Source: Malacoraja senta
Taxonomy: Eukaryota
DNA length: 64,000 nt
NCBI GenBank assembly: GCA_038087875.1
Contig: CM075997.1
Span: 2,730,001-2,794,000, forward strand
Direction of reading: 5' to 3'
Shown here: piece after piece, positions 38,590 to 51,663 of the stretch
How positions within the stretch are numbered: position 1 is the stretch's first letter
Layout of the letters: every line of letters starts with the position of its first letter
Notes under the pieces: generated by a model
The model's input: the letters and a program-made list of their open reading frames with translations, nothing else
What the model was told of the DNA's origin: nothing
The model's database searches: none
Translations under genes and position numbers: made by a program

Positions 38590-38989
38590 CTAAACAGAGA
38601 TAGGGATCAATCAGCCAGTGGTCAGTTACAATGAAACCCGTCTATCCCTCACTGGTAAATGGTCAGCCTGCCACAGCCAGAAACTGACCACACATGGTTT
38701 CGCCCTACATTCACAACACTCAAATGCCTTCCATCTTCGCTGGTGGAAGATACCTCAAAACATCAAACGCGGGCTGTGCAACGACGTTCATAAGTGATAG
38801 GAGTAGAAGTAGGCCATTCGGCCCATCGAGTCTACTGCGCCATTCAATCATGGCTGATCTCTCCATCTGAACCCCATTGTCCTGCCTTCTCCCCATAACC
38901 CCTGACACCCGTGCTAAGCAATAATCTTGTCACTCTCCGCCTTAAATATACCCAATGACTTGGCCTCCACAGCCATCTGTGGCAGACAC

Positions 38990-39650
38990 TAAACTACAAG
39001 ACGGTCAGACTGACCCCCCCCCCCAAGACAGACAGACAGGCCCACAACCCACTCACCGGACTGACCCAGACAGTGGAAGGACACACAGCCTAGACACAAA
39101 CTCCAGGCAAAGACAGCAGCCAGACTTACAGCGCAGACACCAAATACTGTAGATCCATAGTCTGGATCAAACACCAGACATCCCAGACACGGACAGCAGC
39201 CAGACTTACATCCCTGACCACAGACACACCCACAGTCTGGATACAAACTCCAGTCAGACAGACAGCAGCCAGACACACAGTCTGGGCACAACCTTCAGAT
39301 TCTGATAGAGAGCAGGCAGATTTACAGCCCTGACCCCAGTCAGACACACAGTCTCCAGACTCAGACAGCAGCCAGACTTACGGGGAGTCAGTCACCAGAC
39401 AGACCCAGACACCAAATGGACCCGCAGTCTGGATACAAACATCAGACTCAGCCCAGACACAGACACCAGCCAGGTTTATAGCCCAGACCCCAGACAGACC
39501 CTCAGTTTGGATACAAATACCAGACGCAGACACAGACAGCAGCCCAGACCCACAGTTAAGGTACAAACACCAGACGCGGACATAGACAGCAGCCAGACTT
39601 GCAGGCCAGACCCAGAGCCCAGACATTGGCAGCAGAGACCAGACATGCCA
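38990..39650. repeat. Degenerate CAGAC-rich tandem repeat in MIA intron 2
   Basis: Recurring cagacagcagccagacttac and cagtctggatacaaac-like modules at about 60-80 nt spacing. Confidence 0.75.
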
Positions 39651-39719
39651 TGGTCAGTGCAGGAACCACATGCCAGTGAGAGGCAGCATCAGACTGTGGA
39701 GACTCTGTTCCGCACTCAC

Positions 39720-39853
39720 GGTGCCGTGCCAGAAGTTGCGTCCTCTGCCTTTGAGTTTTCCGTACACGTAAACAATCTGCCCCTGGTGGATGTTGATGAA
39801 CCTGCAGTCGGGGGCGGTGTAATCAGCCAGCGCTCGTCCCATTGAGATGGGAT
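39720..39853 (-). CDS. MIA: MIA exon 2
   Basis: (H)PISMGRALADYTAPDCRFINIHQGQIVYVYGKLKGRGRNFWHGT, 134 nt. The HPISM and KLKGRGR motifs are MIA-like rather than OTOR-like. Confidence 0.95.
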
Positions 39854-41235
39854 CTGTAAAGAGATGGACAGAAGGTGCTGCTTGAACAGAGTGCTTGAAT
39901 ATTTGTTTTACGTATTTTGTATTGTACATATTATAAATAATTGTACATTTATTTTTGCTTAAAAAAAACTGAGCCTCCCAACCTCTCTCTCTCCAAAGCA
40001 CAAAGTTGAGTCGTAAGCGATAGAAGCAGAATTAGGCCATTCGGCCCATCAAGTCTACTCCTCCGTTCAATCATGGCTGATCTATCTTCCCCTCTTACCC
40101 CCTTTCTCCTGCCTTTCCCCCCTGAATGTCAGATGGTGTTGAGACAATCCTTTCCACAATCCAATCCACAGCCACAGACGGCTGTGGAGGCCAAGTTAAT
40201 GGATATTTTTAGGGCGGAGATTGAGATTCTTGATTAGTACCGGTGTGATGGGTTACAGGGAGAAGGCAGGAGAATGGGGTTGAGAGGGAGAGATAGATCA
40301 GCCATGACAGAATGGCGGAGTAGACCTGATGGGGCAAATGGCCTAATTCTTCTCTTAGACCTTATGAACTTTGAGAGGTTAGGCTGGTCGGAGTGTGTTT
40401 GTAAGTCCACAGGTTGTGCGCAGGGTCAGAGTCAGCCAAGGTTAGATCCAAAACTAATCATTAGCGGATAGAATGATCGTCCAGCAAACTAGCTTGTGGA
40501 AGGCTGCCTGCATTACTATGGACGCAGCCCAGACCATCACACAAAACAACCTCCCTTCCATTGACTCCATCTACACTTCACGCTGCCTCAGCAAGGCCAG
40601 CAGCATAACCAAGGACCAGTCTCAGCCTGGACACTCCCTCTTCTCCCCTCTCCCATCAGGCAAGAGATACAGAAGTGTGGAAACGCGTGAATCCTCCAAA
40701 TTCAGGGACGGTTTCTCTCCAGCTGTTATCAGGCAACTGAACCATCCTATCACCAACTAAGAGTGCGGTCCTGACCTCCCATCTACCTCATTGGAGACCT
40801 TCTAACTTTACTGGACTTTATCTTGCACTAAACGCTATTCCCTTTATCCTGTATATGTACGTCGTGGGCAGCCTGATTGTAATCGTGCACTGAATAGTCT
40901 TTCCACTGACTGGATGGCATGTAGTGAGAACGCTTTTCGCTGTACCTCGGTACATGTGAGAATAGTGTAAACTAACAGTGCACTGAAAAATAGACAGGCA
41001 TTGTCAAAGAGAAACCAAAAGGACTTGTCAGTCCATGAATTGAAGGCCCAACTTTACCCATTCTCAACCCATGGGCAATAGACAATTAGCAGGCCTAACA
41101 CCCACGGAATTGTCACAATATCTTAGGGACACCGTTGTCATTCTGTGATTCCACTTATTGGCACAAAGTGGCAGGGTAAAAATCATACAGCAATGTGGAG
41201 CATTATTCAACATTTGCGTTATAATGCGTCACCTA

Positions 41236-41702
41236 GGCAGTACCCAACTCTCGGACACCTCCTCCTACTTACCCCTGGACCATGACCCCACTGACGAGCA
41301 CCAGGCCACCATCTCCAGCACCATCACCGACTTCATCCACGCCCACGCCCTGCCCGACCGAGCCTCCAACCTCATCGTTCCCCAGCCCCGCACAGCCCGC
41401 TTTTACCTTCTCCCCAAAATCCACAAACCTGACTGTTCCGGTAGACCCATTGTCTCTGCCTGTTCGTGCCCCACCGAACTCATCTCCACCTACCTCGACT
41501 CCATCCCATCCCCCTTGGTTAAATCCCTCCCCACCTATGCTCAAGACACCTCAGACACTCTCCGTCGTCTCCGCGCATTCCACTCTCTAGGCCCTATTTT
41601 AAAACCAGTCTGAAGAAGGGTTTCGGCCCGAAAAGTTGCCTATTTCCTTCGCTCCATAGATGCTGCTGCACCCGCTGAGTTTCTCCAGCATTTTTGTGTA
41701 CC
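41236..41702 (+). mobile_element. Penelope-like element fragment (RT N-part + terminal repeat)
   Basis: QLSDTSSYLPLDHDPT...PRTARFYLLPKIHKPDCSGRPIVSACSCPTE is a PLE RT motif; followed by the ctgaagaagggtttcggcccgaaa terminal sequence. Confidence 0.85.
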
Positions 41703-41767
41703 TTACATTTCATTTACACCCTGGTTGGTCTTGCAACAGCGCAAAGAAGGCTGTTTGAAGTACTTAC

Positions 41768-41924
41768 GGCTGCATTCTTCATCGGCACACAGCTTCCTGT
41801 CTGCTAGCTTATGCACCGCTTGCTCTCTGCTGGATAAGACATCGCTGGTGCACATAACAAGCATATAAAGGAGAAGTACTGTCAAAGATGTCCCAGGCTG
41901 CGTTTTATTCCGTGGAGGAAGCAT
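41768..41924 (-). CDS. MIA: MIA exon 1 (signal peptide + KLADRKLCADEECS)
   Basis: ATG at 41924, hydrophobic stretch, the conserved KLADRKLCADEECS motif and a C|gtaagt donor. The four exons join to 140 aa. Lies next to SNRPA as in mammals. Confidence 0.93.
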
Positions 41925-42474
41925 CCTTGATCCTCTGCAATAGACGAGGAGCCTGCGGGTGAAAAAAACTGAAATTCTGCCCTGTCCCAGGGACCCAGGC
42001 CAATGTTTGCTGAGCTTAAACGGATTGGTTTAGCAACCCAAAAATCGCGTGGAATGTCTTTCCCAGTGGGGGCAGGCTCGAGGTAAACAACTTAAGAATA
42101 ATTCCCTTATTGTAAACTTTTAAGCATAACAGTCAGAAGTGTGTTTACACTCTGCAAGGCGGAATGAAAATATTTTCCCCTAAAACCTGTTATTTCAGTT
42201 GGATTGGAAACACGAAGTGTTTTGGAACAGCAGATTCAGGGACAGTTTCTGCCCAGCTGTTATCAGGCAACTGAATCATCCTACCACAACTAGAGAGCTG
42301 TGCTGATCTACTATCTATCTCTTTGATGACCCTCGGACTATCCTTGATCGGACTTTGCTGGCTTTACCTTGTACTAAACGTTAGTCCCTTATCATGTATC
42401 TATACACTGTAAATGGATCGATTGTAACCATGTGGATAAAAAATGCTGGAGAAACTCAGTGGGTGAGGCAGCAT

Positions 42475-43050
42475 ATAACGGACACCTTAAACTGGTCCAC
42501 AAACATTACATCTCTGGCAAAACGGGCACATCAGCGGTTGTACTTCCTCCGCAGGTTGAGAAGTTTACACCTCCACCCTCCCATCCTCGCCACTTTCTAC
42601 AGAAGCACAATTGAGTCGGTCATGACCGGCTGTATCTCTACGTGGTGCGGCAGCTGTACAGCTGCAGACTGGAAGTGCCTTCAGAGAGTGGTGAGGACAG
42701 CAGAAAAAATCATTGGGACTTCTCTTCCTTCCATCATGGACATGGGGTACAAGCGCTGTCGGAGTAGAGCTAAGGGCATTACCAAAGCCCCCACACACCC
42801 ACAATTTGGACTGTTTATACTGCTTAACTCTGGGAGGAGGTACCGCAGCATGAAGAGCGGGACAACCAGGTTCTGCAACAGCTTCATCCCCAGGCCATAA
42901 GATTATTGAACAATCAATTAAACCGAGGCTAGAACTTTTTAAATATCGACACTTCTAAAAAAAAAAACTGGAGAGTCAAATGCAACGAAATTTCGTTCTA
43001 GGTGCACTGTGTATAGGTGTATATCTGAATGACAATAAAGTTTTCATTCA
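42475..43050 (+). mobile_element. Rex1/Babar-like LINE 3' fragment
   Basis: LNWSTNITSLAKRAHQRLYFLRRLR...FYRSTIESVMTGCISTW...LQRVVRTAEKIIG...SGRRYRS, with a gacaataaag(attc)n tail. Confidence 0.82.
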
Positions 43051-44323
43051 TTCATCTATGGAGAAAAGCAGCAGGCGACGTTTCGGGTCGAGACCCTTTT
43101 TCAGACTGAAGTCTGAAGAAGGGTTTCGGCCCGAAACGTTACCTATTTCCTTCGCTCCATAGATGCTGCTGCACCCGCTGAGTTTCTCCAGCATTTTTGT
43201 GTACCCTTTTTCAGACTGATGTGTGTGTGGGGGGGGGGGGGGGGGTGAAATTGCAATCATGTATTGTCAACAAAAGCTTTTCACTGTACCTCGGTACACG
43301 TGACAATAAACTAAACCAAACTTGTTTTTAAAATATTTCACCCACACCGGCTGTGTTAGAATGACCCAGACTGATAACATCCTTTGAATGCATTCCTTGC
43401 GTTTTATTTATGAGAATTCCCAATGGTTCAATGATTCCTTTATTATCACGTGAACCGAGGTACATTGCTGTTCTTTTGCATACAGATCATTGAGATTATT
43501 GCCATACAGAAGTACAATCCCCGGTTCAGTACATAATGCATAGAAACAGCCCACTGACTCTATATGTAAGAGTCGCCAGGCACCATTTCTCAGTCCCAAC
43601 TGCAATTGACCATAAAAGCCCGTTGTAGCCATCCCTCTCCTCACCCACCTTCGACCTCCGTGCCCCGGGGAAGGGGCACCTCCCGTAGCCAACCTTGACC
43701 CAAGGCAAGATATGGTGCATCGAACCATTGCAGAGCTAAGGAGTTGCTGCATAGTGTCCCATTGAATAGTGCCAGAATAGGGCCAGGACCTGCACTGAAA
43801 GCAGTGGACAACCCTCAACCGCTTGAGGACAGGCATCGTTCGCTATGGAGTAGCGATGAAGAGGTGGGGCCTCGTGGACAGCGAGTGCCTCCTGCGAGTG
43901 TGGGGACCCAACACAGACAGTGGAGCACATAGTCACCAGTTGCCCCAAACACCGGCCACCGAATGGTGAACGAGGTCTGATTGACCTGGACGATGACACA
44001 CATGTTGGCCTGGCTCGCCTCAACGGAGCTGCAGGTCTAAAAGACATACGACAGAAGAAGAATAGTGCCACTGTAGTGACAGCACAGGAAGAGGGTGGGT
44101 GGGATATGGGTTTGTTGGCGAACCTGCTCCTGAAAGTGGTTTTTCCAAGCTGCCTGCCTGCCGAGGTAAATGCTTGCAAGATACAAGGAATGGCAGATGC
44201 TGGTTTCCAAAAACAAAGTGCTGGAGCAACTCGTGTAAGAAAGAACTGCAGATGCTGGTTTAAATCGAAATGCTGGAGTAACTCAGCAGGCTGGGGCAGC
44301 ATCTCTGGAGGGAAGGAATGGGC

Positions 44324-44351
44324 GACGTTTCGGGTCGAGACCCTTCTTCAG
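44324..44351 (-). ncRNA. Minimal hammerhead ribozyme motif in a Penelope terminal repeat (representative copy)
   Basis: CUGAAGA-A-GGGU(CUCG)ACCC-GAAA-CGUC: catalytic boxes, stem II and a palindromic minimal stem III. Confidence 0.6.
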
Positions 44352-45951
44352 ACTGATGTCAGGGGAGGGGGCGGGACAAAGATAGAATTTCTGGAGCAAC
44401 TCTGTGGGTCAGGCAGCATCTCTGGAGAACATGGATAGGCAACGTTTCAGGTTGGGACCCTTCTTCAGATGGGGAGGGGGGGGGGGGAAGAGGAGAAGAA
44501 AGCTGGGAAGATTAATGGGGACAAAGCCTGGCGAGTGATGGGTGGATACAGGTGGTGGGGGGTTGTTTAGCTGGCGCTGGACAAAGGATATGAAAAGGAG
44601 GCAAAAGGGTGCCGGATAAGGAGAGTGAAATGTAAAGCCAGAGGAAGGGATATAGGTAGAAGGGGAAATAGGGGTGGGAGTGAAAGAAATAGAGGTGGGG
44701 GGGGGGGGGGGGGGGGGGGTGAGATGGGAATAGGTTGCTGGTTAGTAACCTAAAATTAGAGAATTCAATGTTCATACCGTTGGGTCATGTTACCCAAGCA
44801 GAATATGAGGGAGGTGCAGTTCTTTCAGTTTGTACGTGGCCACTCTGCCAATGGAGATGGTGCTCCTACCTGTGGTGTTCATTGATCTTGCTAGAGATCT
44901 TACAAGATCAGTGGGTACCACAGGAAACTGAGAGAAGGCCATTCGGCCCTTTGAATGCGACCGTGGCTGATCACCCAACTTCAGTTTGCTGACCACACAT
45001 GCCACTCGACACCGTTATCTGACTCCTTCCTGAATATATTTGGTGGGTTGGTCCCAAGTCTTCTGTGGGAGAAAATTCCATAGATTCACCACTCTGGATG
45101 AAAGAAATTATCCCAACTGACCCGAGTTCAGTTCAGAGACCACCACCAATGAAATAAATTTGGAAGAAACATTTTTACCCAAACGTCTAATGTGGAACTT
45201 GCTGCCATATGGAATTGATGTGATAACTAGCCAATTCTTTTTAAAGATGTCAACCAAGTAAAGGGGAAGGGTCAAGGAATAAAGAATCAATGGACACTGT
45301 TAAATTGATGGTAGGAGGTATCAAAGATTCAATGTCATAGTCATACAGCATGGAAATAGGCCCTTTGGCCCAACTTGCCCACACCAGCCAACGGGTCCCA
45401 GCTGTACTTGTCCGACTTGCCTGCATTTGAACCACATCCCTCCAAAACCTGTCCTATCCATGTACCTAACAGTTTCTTAAACGTTGGGATAGTCCAACTA
45501 CCTCCTCTGGCAGCTCATTCCATACACCCACCACCCTTTGTGTGAAAATGTTACCCCTCCCCCTCCCCCCAGATTCCTAGATTTTTTCCCCTTCAACTTA
45601 AACCTGTCCTCTGGTCCTCGATTCCCCAACTCTGGGCAAGAGACTGTGCATCGACCCAAATTAAATTCTATATGGAGAACAAATATGCTGATTATCCAAA
45701 ACACAGTGCTGGTGCAACTTTGCGGCTGAGGAAGCATCTGTAGAGGTCTGAAGGGTCTCGACCCGAAACGTCACCCATTCCTTCTCTCTTGAGATGCTGT
45801 CTATCCCGCTGAGTTACTCCAGCATTCTGTCTAGTGGAGGGGATAGATAGGTGACGCTTTGGATCGGAACCCTCTTCAGCCAATTATCCAGATAAAAACC
45901 AGTTCTCAGGACATAAACAAACACACACACAGCAGGTTATATATAAAAAGT

Positions 45952-45957
45952 TTTATT
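45952..45957 (-). terminator. SNRPA polyadenylation signal AATAAA
   Basis: AATAAA on -, followed by a GU-rich downstream element (plus-strand acataaacaaacacacacac at 45911-45930). Confidence 0.8.
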
Positions 45958-45962
45958 TTTTG

Positions 45963-46009
45963 GAAAGCTCCAGGTGCAATGTCATTGAGACTCTGGGTGA
46001 ACAGCTTTC
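45963..46009 (-). promoter_or_regulatory. U1A polyadenylation inhibition element (PIE)-like RNA structure in SNRPA 3' UTR
   Basis: - strand reads GAAAGC-UGUUCAC-CCAG-A-GUC-UCAAU-GAC-AUUGCAC-CUGG-A-GCUUUC: three stems and two 7x1 asymmetric loops, one with a perfect AUUGCAC U1A site, 5 nt upstream of AAUAAA. Confidence 0.88.
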
Positions 46010-46507
46010 TCGGTGCGATTAAGCAAACTGTTGCCTCAATCAGCCAGACACTCATTTCATTCACTCAAAGCTGCAGGCAAATCAGGGCACACTAACTGGA
46101 AGAAACTGAGCGGAGAGGAAGCTCCATCCAATTCCTTCAGTCAGGGTTAAGGCCATTGCCAGTTTGGGGAGGATTGGGCGATTCAGATTGATGTACAGGG
46201 CCAGGTACACAACAACATCCACATCACAATCTGAACATGCGCCAGCAGTACACGCAGCTCCACCAAGCAAGATGCTTGGCACACTCACACGGGGAATGCC
46301 CGGGGAATGGTGGAACTCTTGTAGAGAGTCCACTGGGGCAGGGTGCATCTGCTAAGATGAATACGAGGGCCTCTTCACCCTCACTTACCTGAGGCACCTA
46401 AACGTTCGAATCTAATACACAAACCAATTATTTCACTAATTATATAAAAACACAAATGGGCTTTTAAAGCAAAGCCACGATTAACCAGTGTGATCCACTT
46501 CAACCCC

Positions 46508-46667
46508 TCATTTCTTTGCGAATGAGATCTTCATTGCGTTCGACTGCGTGATCTTGAAGCCTTGCAACGCATCTCGCGCTGCCCCCGCTTGCACCTCGTT
46601 ATCGAACTCCACGAAGGCGATGTCGTGGCGGCCCGGCACCAAGCGCACCTCCTTAAAGCCGGGAAAC
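46508..46667 (-). CDS. SNRPA: U1 snRNP A, last coding exon (RRM2)
   Basis: [56 protein letters not shown], 160 nt. Confidence 0.97.
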
Positions 46668-47956
46668 CTGGAGGCGAGAGACAGACGGTCAGTGGAGCAC
46701 ATGGCAACCGTCACAGCCAGCACTGCCCATCCACTCCCTCTCTCTGGGCACCCCAACCTGAGTTTAGTTAATTAAATCACAAAGCAGACAATTTTCAAGA
46801 CTTGCACCGTGGGATTTATTTTGTTTTATATTCATCATGTGTAGACTGAAGCAAATGAGTGGCTGCATATCACTCCCTCAATCAGTATAGACCTTGCATT
46901 GCTTCTCAGCTGGGGAGCTCAACTTAAACTACCCTTTGACAAGGAGCAGCAGGCTACAGTGCAGCCCCTACAGACTCATTATCAGCAAAGATCTTTGCTG
47001 TACCACGAACGCAGAATGGCAGCATCAATAACCCAACCCCACAAGGAGCCTCTTCTCACGTGAAGGCTAGTATATGGCTCCATAGGTTTTCACCCCTTCC
47101 AGCCCCAAGGGAACTCCGTTTTAATCAACAGCTCTAGGGCAGCACAGCAGTAGAGTTGCTGCCTTACATGGCATGCAGCGCCGGAGACCCGGGTTCGATC
47201 CCGACTACGAGCGCTGTCTGTACAGAGTTTGTACGTTCTCCCTGCGACCGTGTGGGTTTTCTCCGAGATCTTTAGTTTCCTCCCACACTCCAAAGACGTA
47301 CAGGTTTGTAAGTTAATTGGCTTGGTAGAAGTGTAAATTGCCCCATGTGTGTGTAGGGTAGTGTTATGTGTAGGGATCGCTGGTCGGCGTGAACTCGGCC
47401 GGGCGAAGGGCCTGTTTCCAGTCTGTATCTCTAAACTAAACCAAGCTCGCCGGACAAATTCACAGAGTTCCTAAACAGAATAAGACTGCTCATGGGTAGG
47501 AGGCAGCTGAAGGTTGAAATGGCGGTTAATGGAAAAGACATTGATGGAGGGCAAACACACCAACAATAAAACAGAAAATACTGGGAGCACTCACAGGCCA
47601 GGCAGCATCTGTGGAAAGTGAAAGAAACCAAATTTTAAGTTGTTAAAAGGGACCATCCTTGCAACGTTCTCTCACTTTCCTTGTTCTTAATGACCCAAAA
47701 CATTAGATGTTTCAACCTCTACACCTGCTAAGCATTTCCAGCATTTAATTTTCACCTTCTCCCCCAAAGCTGGAAGGTTAGAAGGGGCCAGGGGAATCCT
47801 TTACACGCAGTATCACCACTCTGGGAACCTCAGCTCCCGCCCTTGCCACCATCAACTCCAGCCTCTCAGGCTACATCTCTACATTTGTTTAGCGCCTGTC
47901 GCCTCAGCTCAAAATCGCAGTTGAAGGACCACCCATTTCAGCCCCTCTGGTACTTA

Positions 47957-48082
<126 letters not shown>

Positions 48083-48874
48083 TCACTCTCATCACAGGAG
48101 GTGCTGCAGTGAGACTTTGTGTGTCGGAAGGAACTGCAGATGCTGGTTTACACCAAAGATAGACACAAAACACTGGAGTAACTCTGCAGGTCAGGCAGCA
48201 TCTCTGGAGAGAAGGAATGGATGATGTTTCGGGTCTCGCCCCGAAACAACACCCATTCCTTCTCTCCAGAGATGCTACCTAACCCGCAGAGTTACTCCAG
48301 TGTTTTGTGTCTATCTGCAGTGGGACTTTGCTCAACAAGCTGCTCCTCCAACTCTTCCATCCACTTCCCCAATGCCACGACCTTCATTAACTGCCCCACT
48401 CCAACAGCTAAACCTAAAGCCGCTTAGCAGCTCAGCTCAAGCACTGAGCTCTGCTGTGTAACGGAACACTACAAGAGGTTAGCAGAAATAAACCATGGCC
48501 ACAGCCAAAGGAATTGCAGGAATCCCAGTTAATCAAAATAGATGATATAGGATATTAATTTAGGCCAATCACTTCTAATTCAGAGAGTAATGAAGAGCAA
48601 ATATTTAGTAATAATTTTATAAAAAATAACCGTAAAAGATTGGAGCATTACTTTTAGTGTTTTTTTTAAACCAAAAACAAAGTGAGGTTTTAAACACTGG
48701 GCAGCAAGGATACACTCTCTGGGCAGGGAGGGAAGTCACAGAAAACAGGAAGGGAATTTGGAATATTATGAGCAGTTTTGTGCCCCACACGTAATGAGTG
48801 ATTTACATTCAGAATGTTTCCAATTGCCAAAGTATTTGAACCCCCATCAGCTAAAACCCCAACTGAACACTCAC

Positions 48875-49048
48875 TGCCTGAGTAGGAGGTGGCATCTGCC
48901 CAGCCATCATTTGGCCAGGAGGAATGGACCCAGGTGGCATCTGGCCAGGTCCCATCCCAGGAGGAGGCATCATGCCAGGTGGCGGCATGTAGGGAGGCTG
49001 CCCTGACATTTGCATCATCCGTGGGGCTTGGTTCATCATAGGCATGCC
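48875..49048 (-). CDS. SNRPA: U1 snRNP A, coding exon 4 (Pro/Met-rich linker)
   Basis: [31 protein letters not shown]...TQA, 174 nt. This long linker distinguishes U1A from U2B''. Confidence 0.95.
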
Positions 49049-50346
49049 CTGGAATGAACAAACAAAGCAATGAATGAATGAACAGAGACTGTAAATTCTA
49101 CATCAACAAACAGTGCATTAACAAGCCACCCATCACCCTCTTCGCTCCTTACCCCCCACTGTCAATAACCATCTTACCCTAACCACAGATCCAGGTTCCA
49201 GACACCTTCCGGAGGTGCCGCTGAGAAGCTGTGGTCAGAGGTAGAGCCTCGCGGGTTGATAAAGCCCGAGGCCATCGGTGCCTGGGTTGACAGAGCACGT
49301 GGCTGGGGCCTGCGTCGGCGCCCCGGAGAGGGCGGCCGGTTAACAAGCAGCATTAATGGGGAGGGCGGTGCAGCCGTACATGATGACGTCGACCGACGGA
49401 CACATGGAAGTGAGGACGCCGCTGTCGAGGGAAGGAACAAAGGAGGACCCGTGTGCGGGACCACCGTGAGGGGAAGGGGGGGAGAGAAACAAAGGGGGAA
49501 CTGGCACGGGGGGGGGGGGGTGTTGTAACTTTGTAAAGGCCCTTTATGGGCGACAATGGACAAACAAAGAACTTCACTATGACTTGTCACATGTGACAAT
49601 AATGTATCAAGGGTTCTGCTGCAGCAGACCCTTGCCTCTCCAATATTGCCTTGATTGTATAAGCACACAGAAGACATTTTAGGAGGTGGTACCTGAGATG
49701 GTGAAACTTAAAGGTTACTAATAAACAAAGCTAGACATCAGTTCCTGAGAACGCCAACTGAACCGGGACGCTTCATCCACAGAACCCCACTGGGATCAGC
49801 AGATGGAACGGCTTGCAGGGAGAAGAAGGAAAATTGTCAACTCCGCTTTGCTCGAGTTTTAACTATTTTCGTTTTTTAACTCGTTTTGCTCGAGTTTTAA
49901 CTATTTTCTCCAGAGATGCTGCCTGACCCGCTGAGTTAATCCAGCATTGTATGTCTACCAAATTGTGATTGTTCTTAAAAGAGACAACTTATTATTCAAA
50001 ATTAAGCCAATTAAACAACAACAAAATCAAGCAAAAACACGCCGTTTAGATTAACTTGGAAAAGACACAAAACGCTATGCTGACTGGAATGAGCCTTTCA
50101 GAGTTGGCTGATCAACACCACGAGCAATGAAACATTAACAATGCAATGGTTCAGAGTGGTGGACAGTGACTACCTCATTAGCCTACAACCTTCTCACTGT
50201 AGGTTATAAGTGTTGTCACTTTAGAGTATAAGAGAGCCTCAGTGCAGCTAATGTGTGTCAGACCCAGCCGCTGAACAAGCAGGTCATATGAATCCTAACA
50301 AGTTACTCATTCCCCTTCAGATAGCGTCCTAGATGGTCACACTTAC

Positions 50347-50514
50347 CGAGACGGACTGGGGTACAGCATTGGCTGTTAGTGGGGCATTTGCCTTCTTATT
50401 GACAGAAGGTTCCGGAACCTTCACCTTCCTCTTCTCCTTCTTCCGGTCACGCTCCACGTAGGTGCCCTTCATCTTGGCTATGATATCAGAATCAGTTTTT
50501 GAATACTGGATCCT
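50347..50514 (-). CDS. SNRPA: U1 snRNP A, coding exon 3
   Basis: [36 protein letters not shown]...SVS, 168 nt. Confidence 0.95.
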
Positions 50515-51490
50515 CTGTTGACAAGGGGAAAAGTTGCATCAAATCACTGAAATATCACGGACCACTGACATGAAGAGAAGTTGTGTCCCGAGGTTCAAAC
50601 ACAAGCTTCAGCAGAGTGGGCTCACTGCACTCTGCCTGGATAAATACTTTTGTTTCATTTGCAGCCAAGAAAGCTGTGTAGAGAATACCCCAAGTTATAG
50701 TACATGAATACTATATTATAGTAGAGGAGAAAGAAAGGGATGAGTATCAGCTGAAAGCCATTCTAACTGACTAATGTGGGCATAGGACTTCAGTCAAGAG
50801 GCTCCATTAAACCTCTGGTTCAGTGGAAACATGCTGCACCCTGGATTAGTTGATGGATTCAAGGGAATGCACATAGGCACACATGGGAAACATTAGGAAC
50901 TGCAGTTGCTAGAGGGGGGGGGGGGGGGGAGGAGAGGTATGAAATTGACTGCCAAAGGAGATAGTCGAGTCAGATACTGTAACAACATTTATCAGACATT
51001 TTGACAGGCGCGTGGATAGAAAGGGTTTAGCGGGATATGGGCCAAACACAGGCAGGTGTGGCATCTTGGTCAATATGGGCCTATTTCCATGCTGAATGAC
51101 TCTGACAAGCAAAATACAAAGTGCAGTGGGAACTTAAGACTGCATTTGTGTTGGGAATGAACAGGTGACGTCTCGGGTAGGGACCCTTCTTCAAACCAAA
51201 TTTCAGACCAGTCTGAAGAAGGGTCTCAACTCGAAACACCACCTGCCCATTCCCTCCAGAGAAGCTCCCTATCCTGCCAAGTTTCACCAGCATTTTGCAT
51301 TAAGCACACAAAGGAGAAGTTGTACTGACAAGGTTATTTGACTTTGAGCAGGGGGCATGCACACAGAGCAACCACACCAGGGTATGCGAGGTGGGTCAAA
51401 CGCTTCAACTGCAGGCCTGCCACAGAGGGGCATTATGTCACACACTTCAGTATAGCCGAGAATAGAACACAATCATCATGCGGAACTCAC

Positions 51491-51663
51491 CATTGGCTTG
51501 TCATAAAACGGAAACCCTTGCATGGACCTCAGGGCATTGGTAGCACTGCTGACCTCCTTGAAAATGACAAAGGCCTGCCCTCGCATCTTCAAGTTCCTAG
51601 AGACAAGGATGTCCAGAATCTGGCCAAACTGGGAGAAGATGGCATAGAGGGACTTCTTCAGCT
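51491..51663 (-). CDS. SNRPA: U1 snRNP A, coding exon 2 (RRM1)
   Basis: [58 protein letters not shown], 173 nt. Confidence 0.97.

Noticed and set aside
49174..49677. GC-rich ORF-bearing stretch in SNRPA intron 3 as a nested gene or snoRNA
   Set aside because: No domain or convincing C/D or H/ACA boxes; ends in a LINE-like gtgacaataa tail, so probably a repeat fragment.
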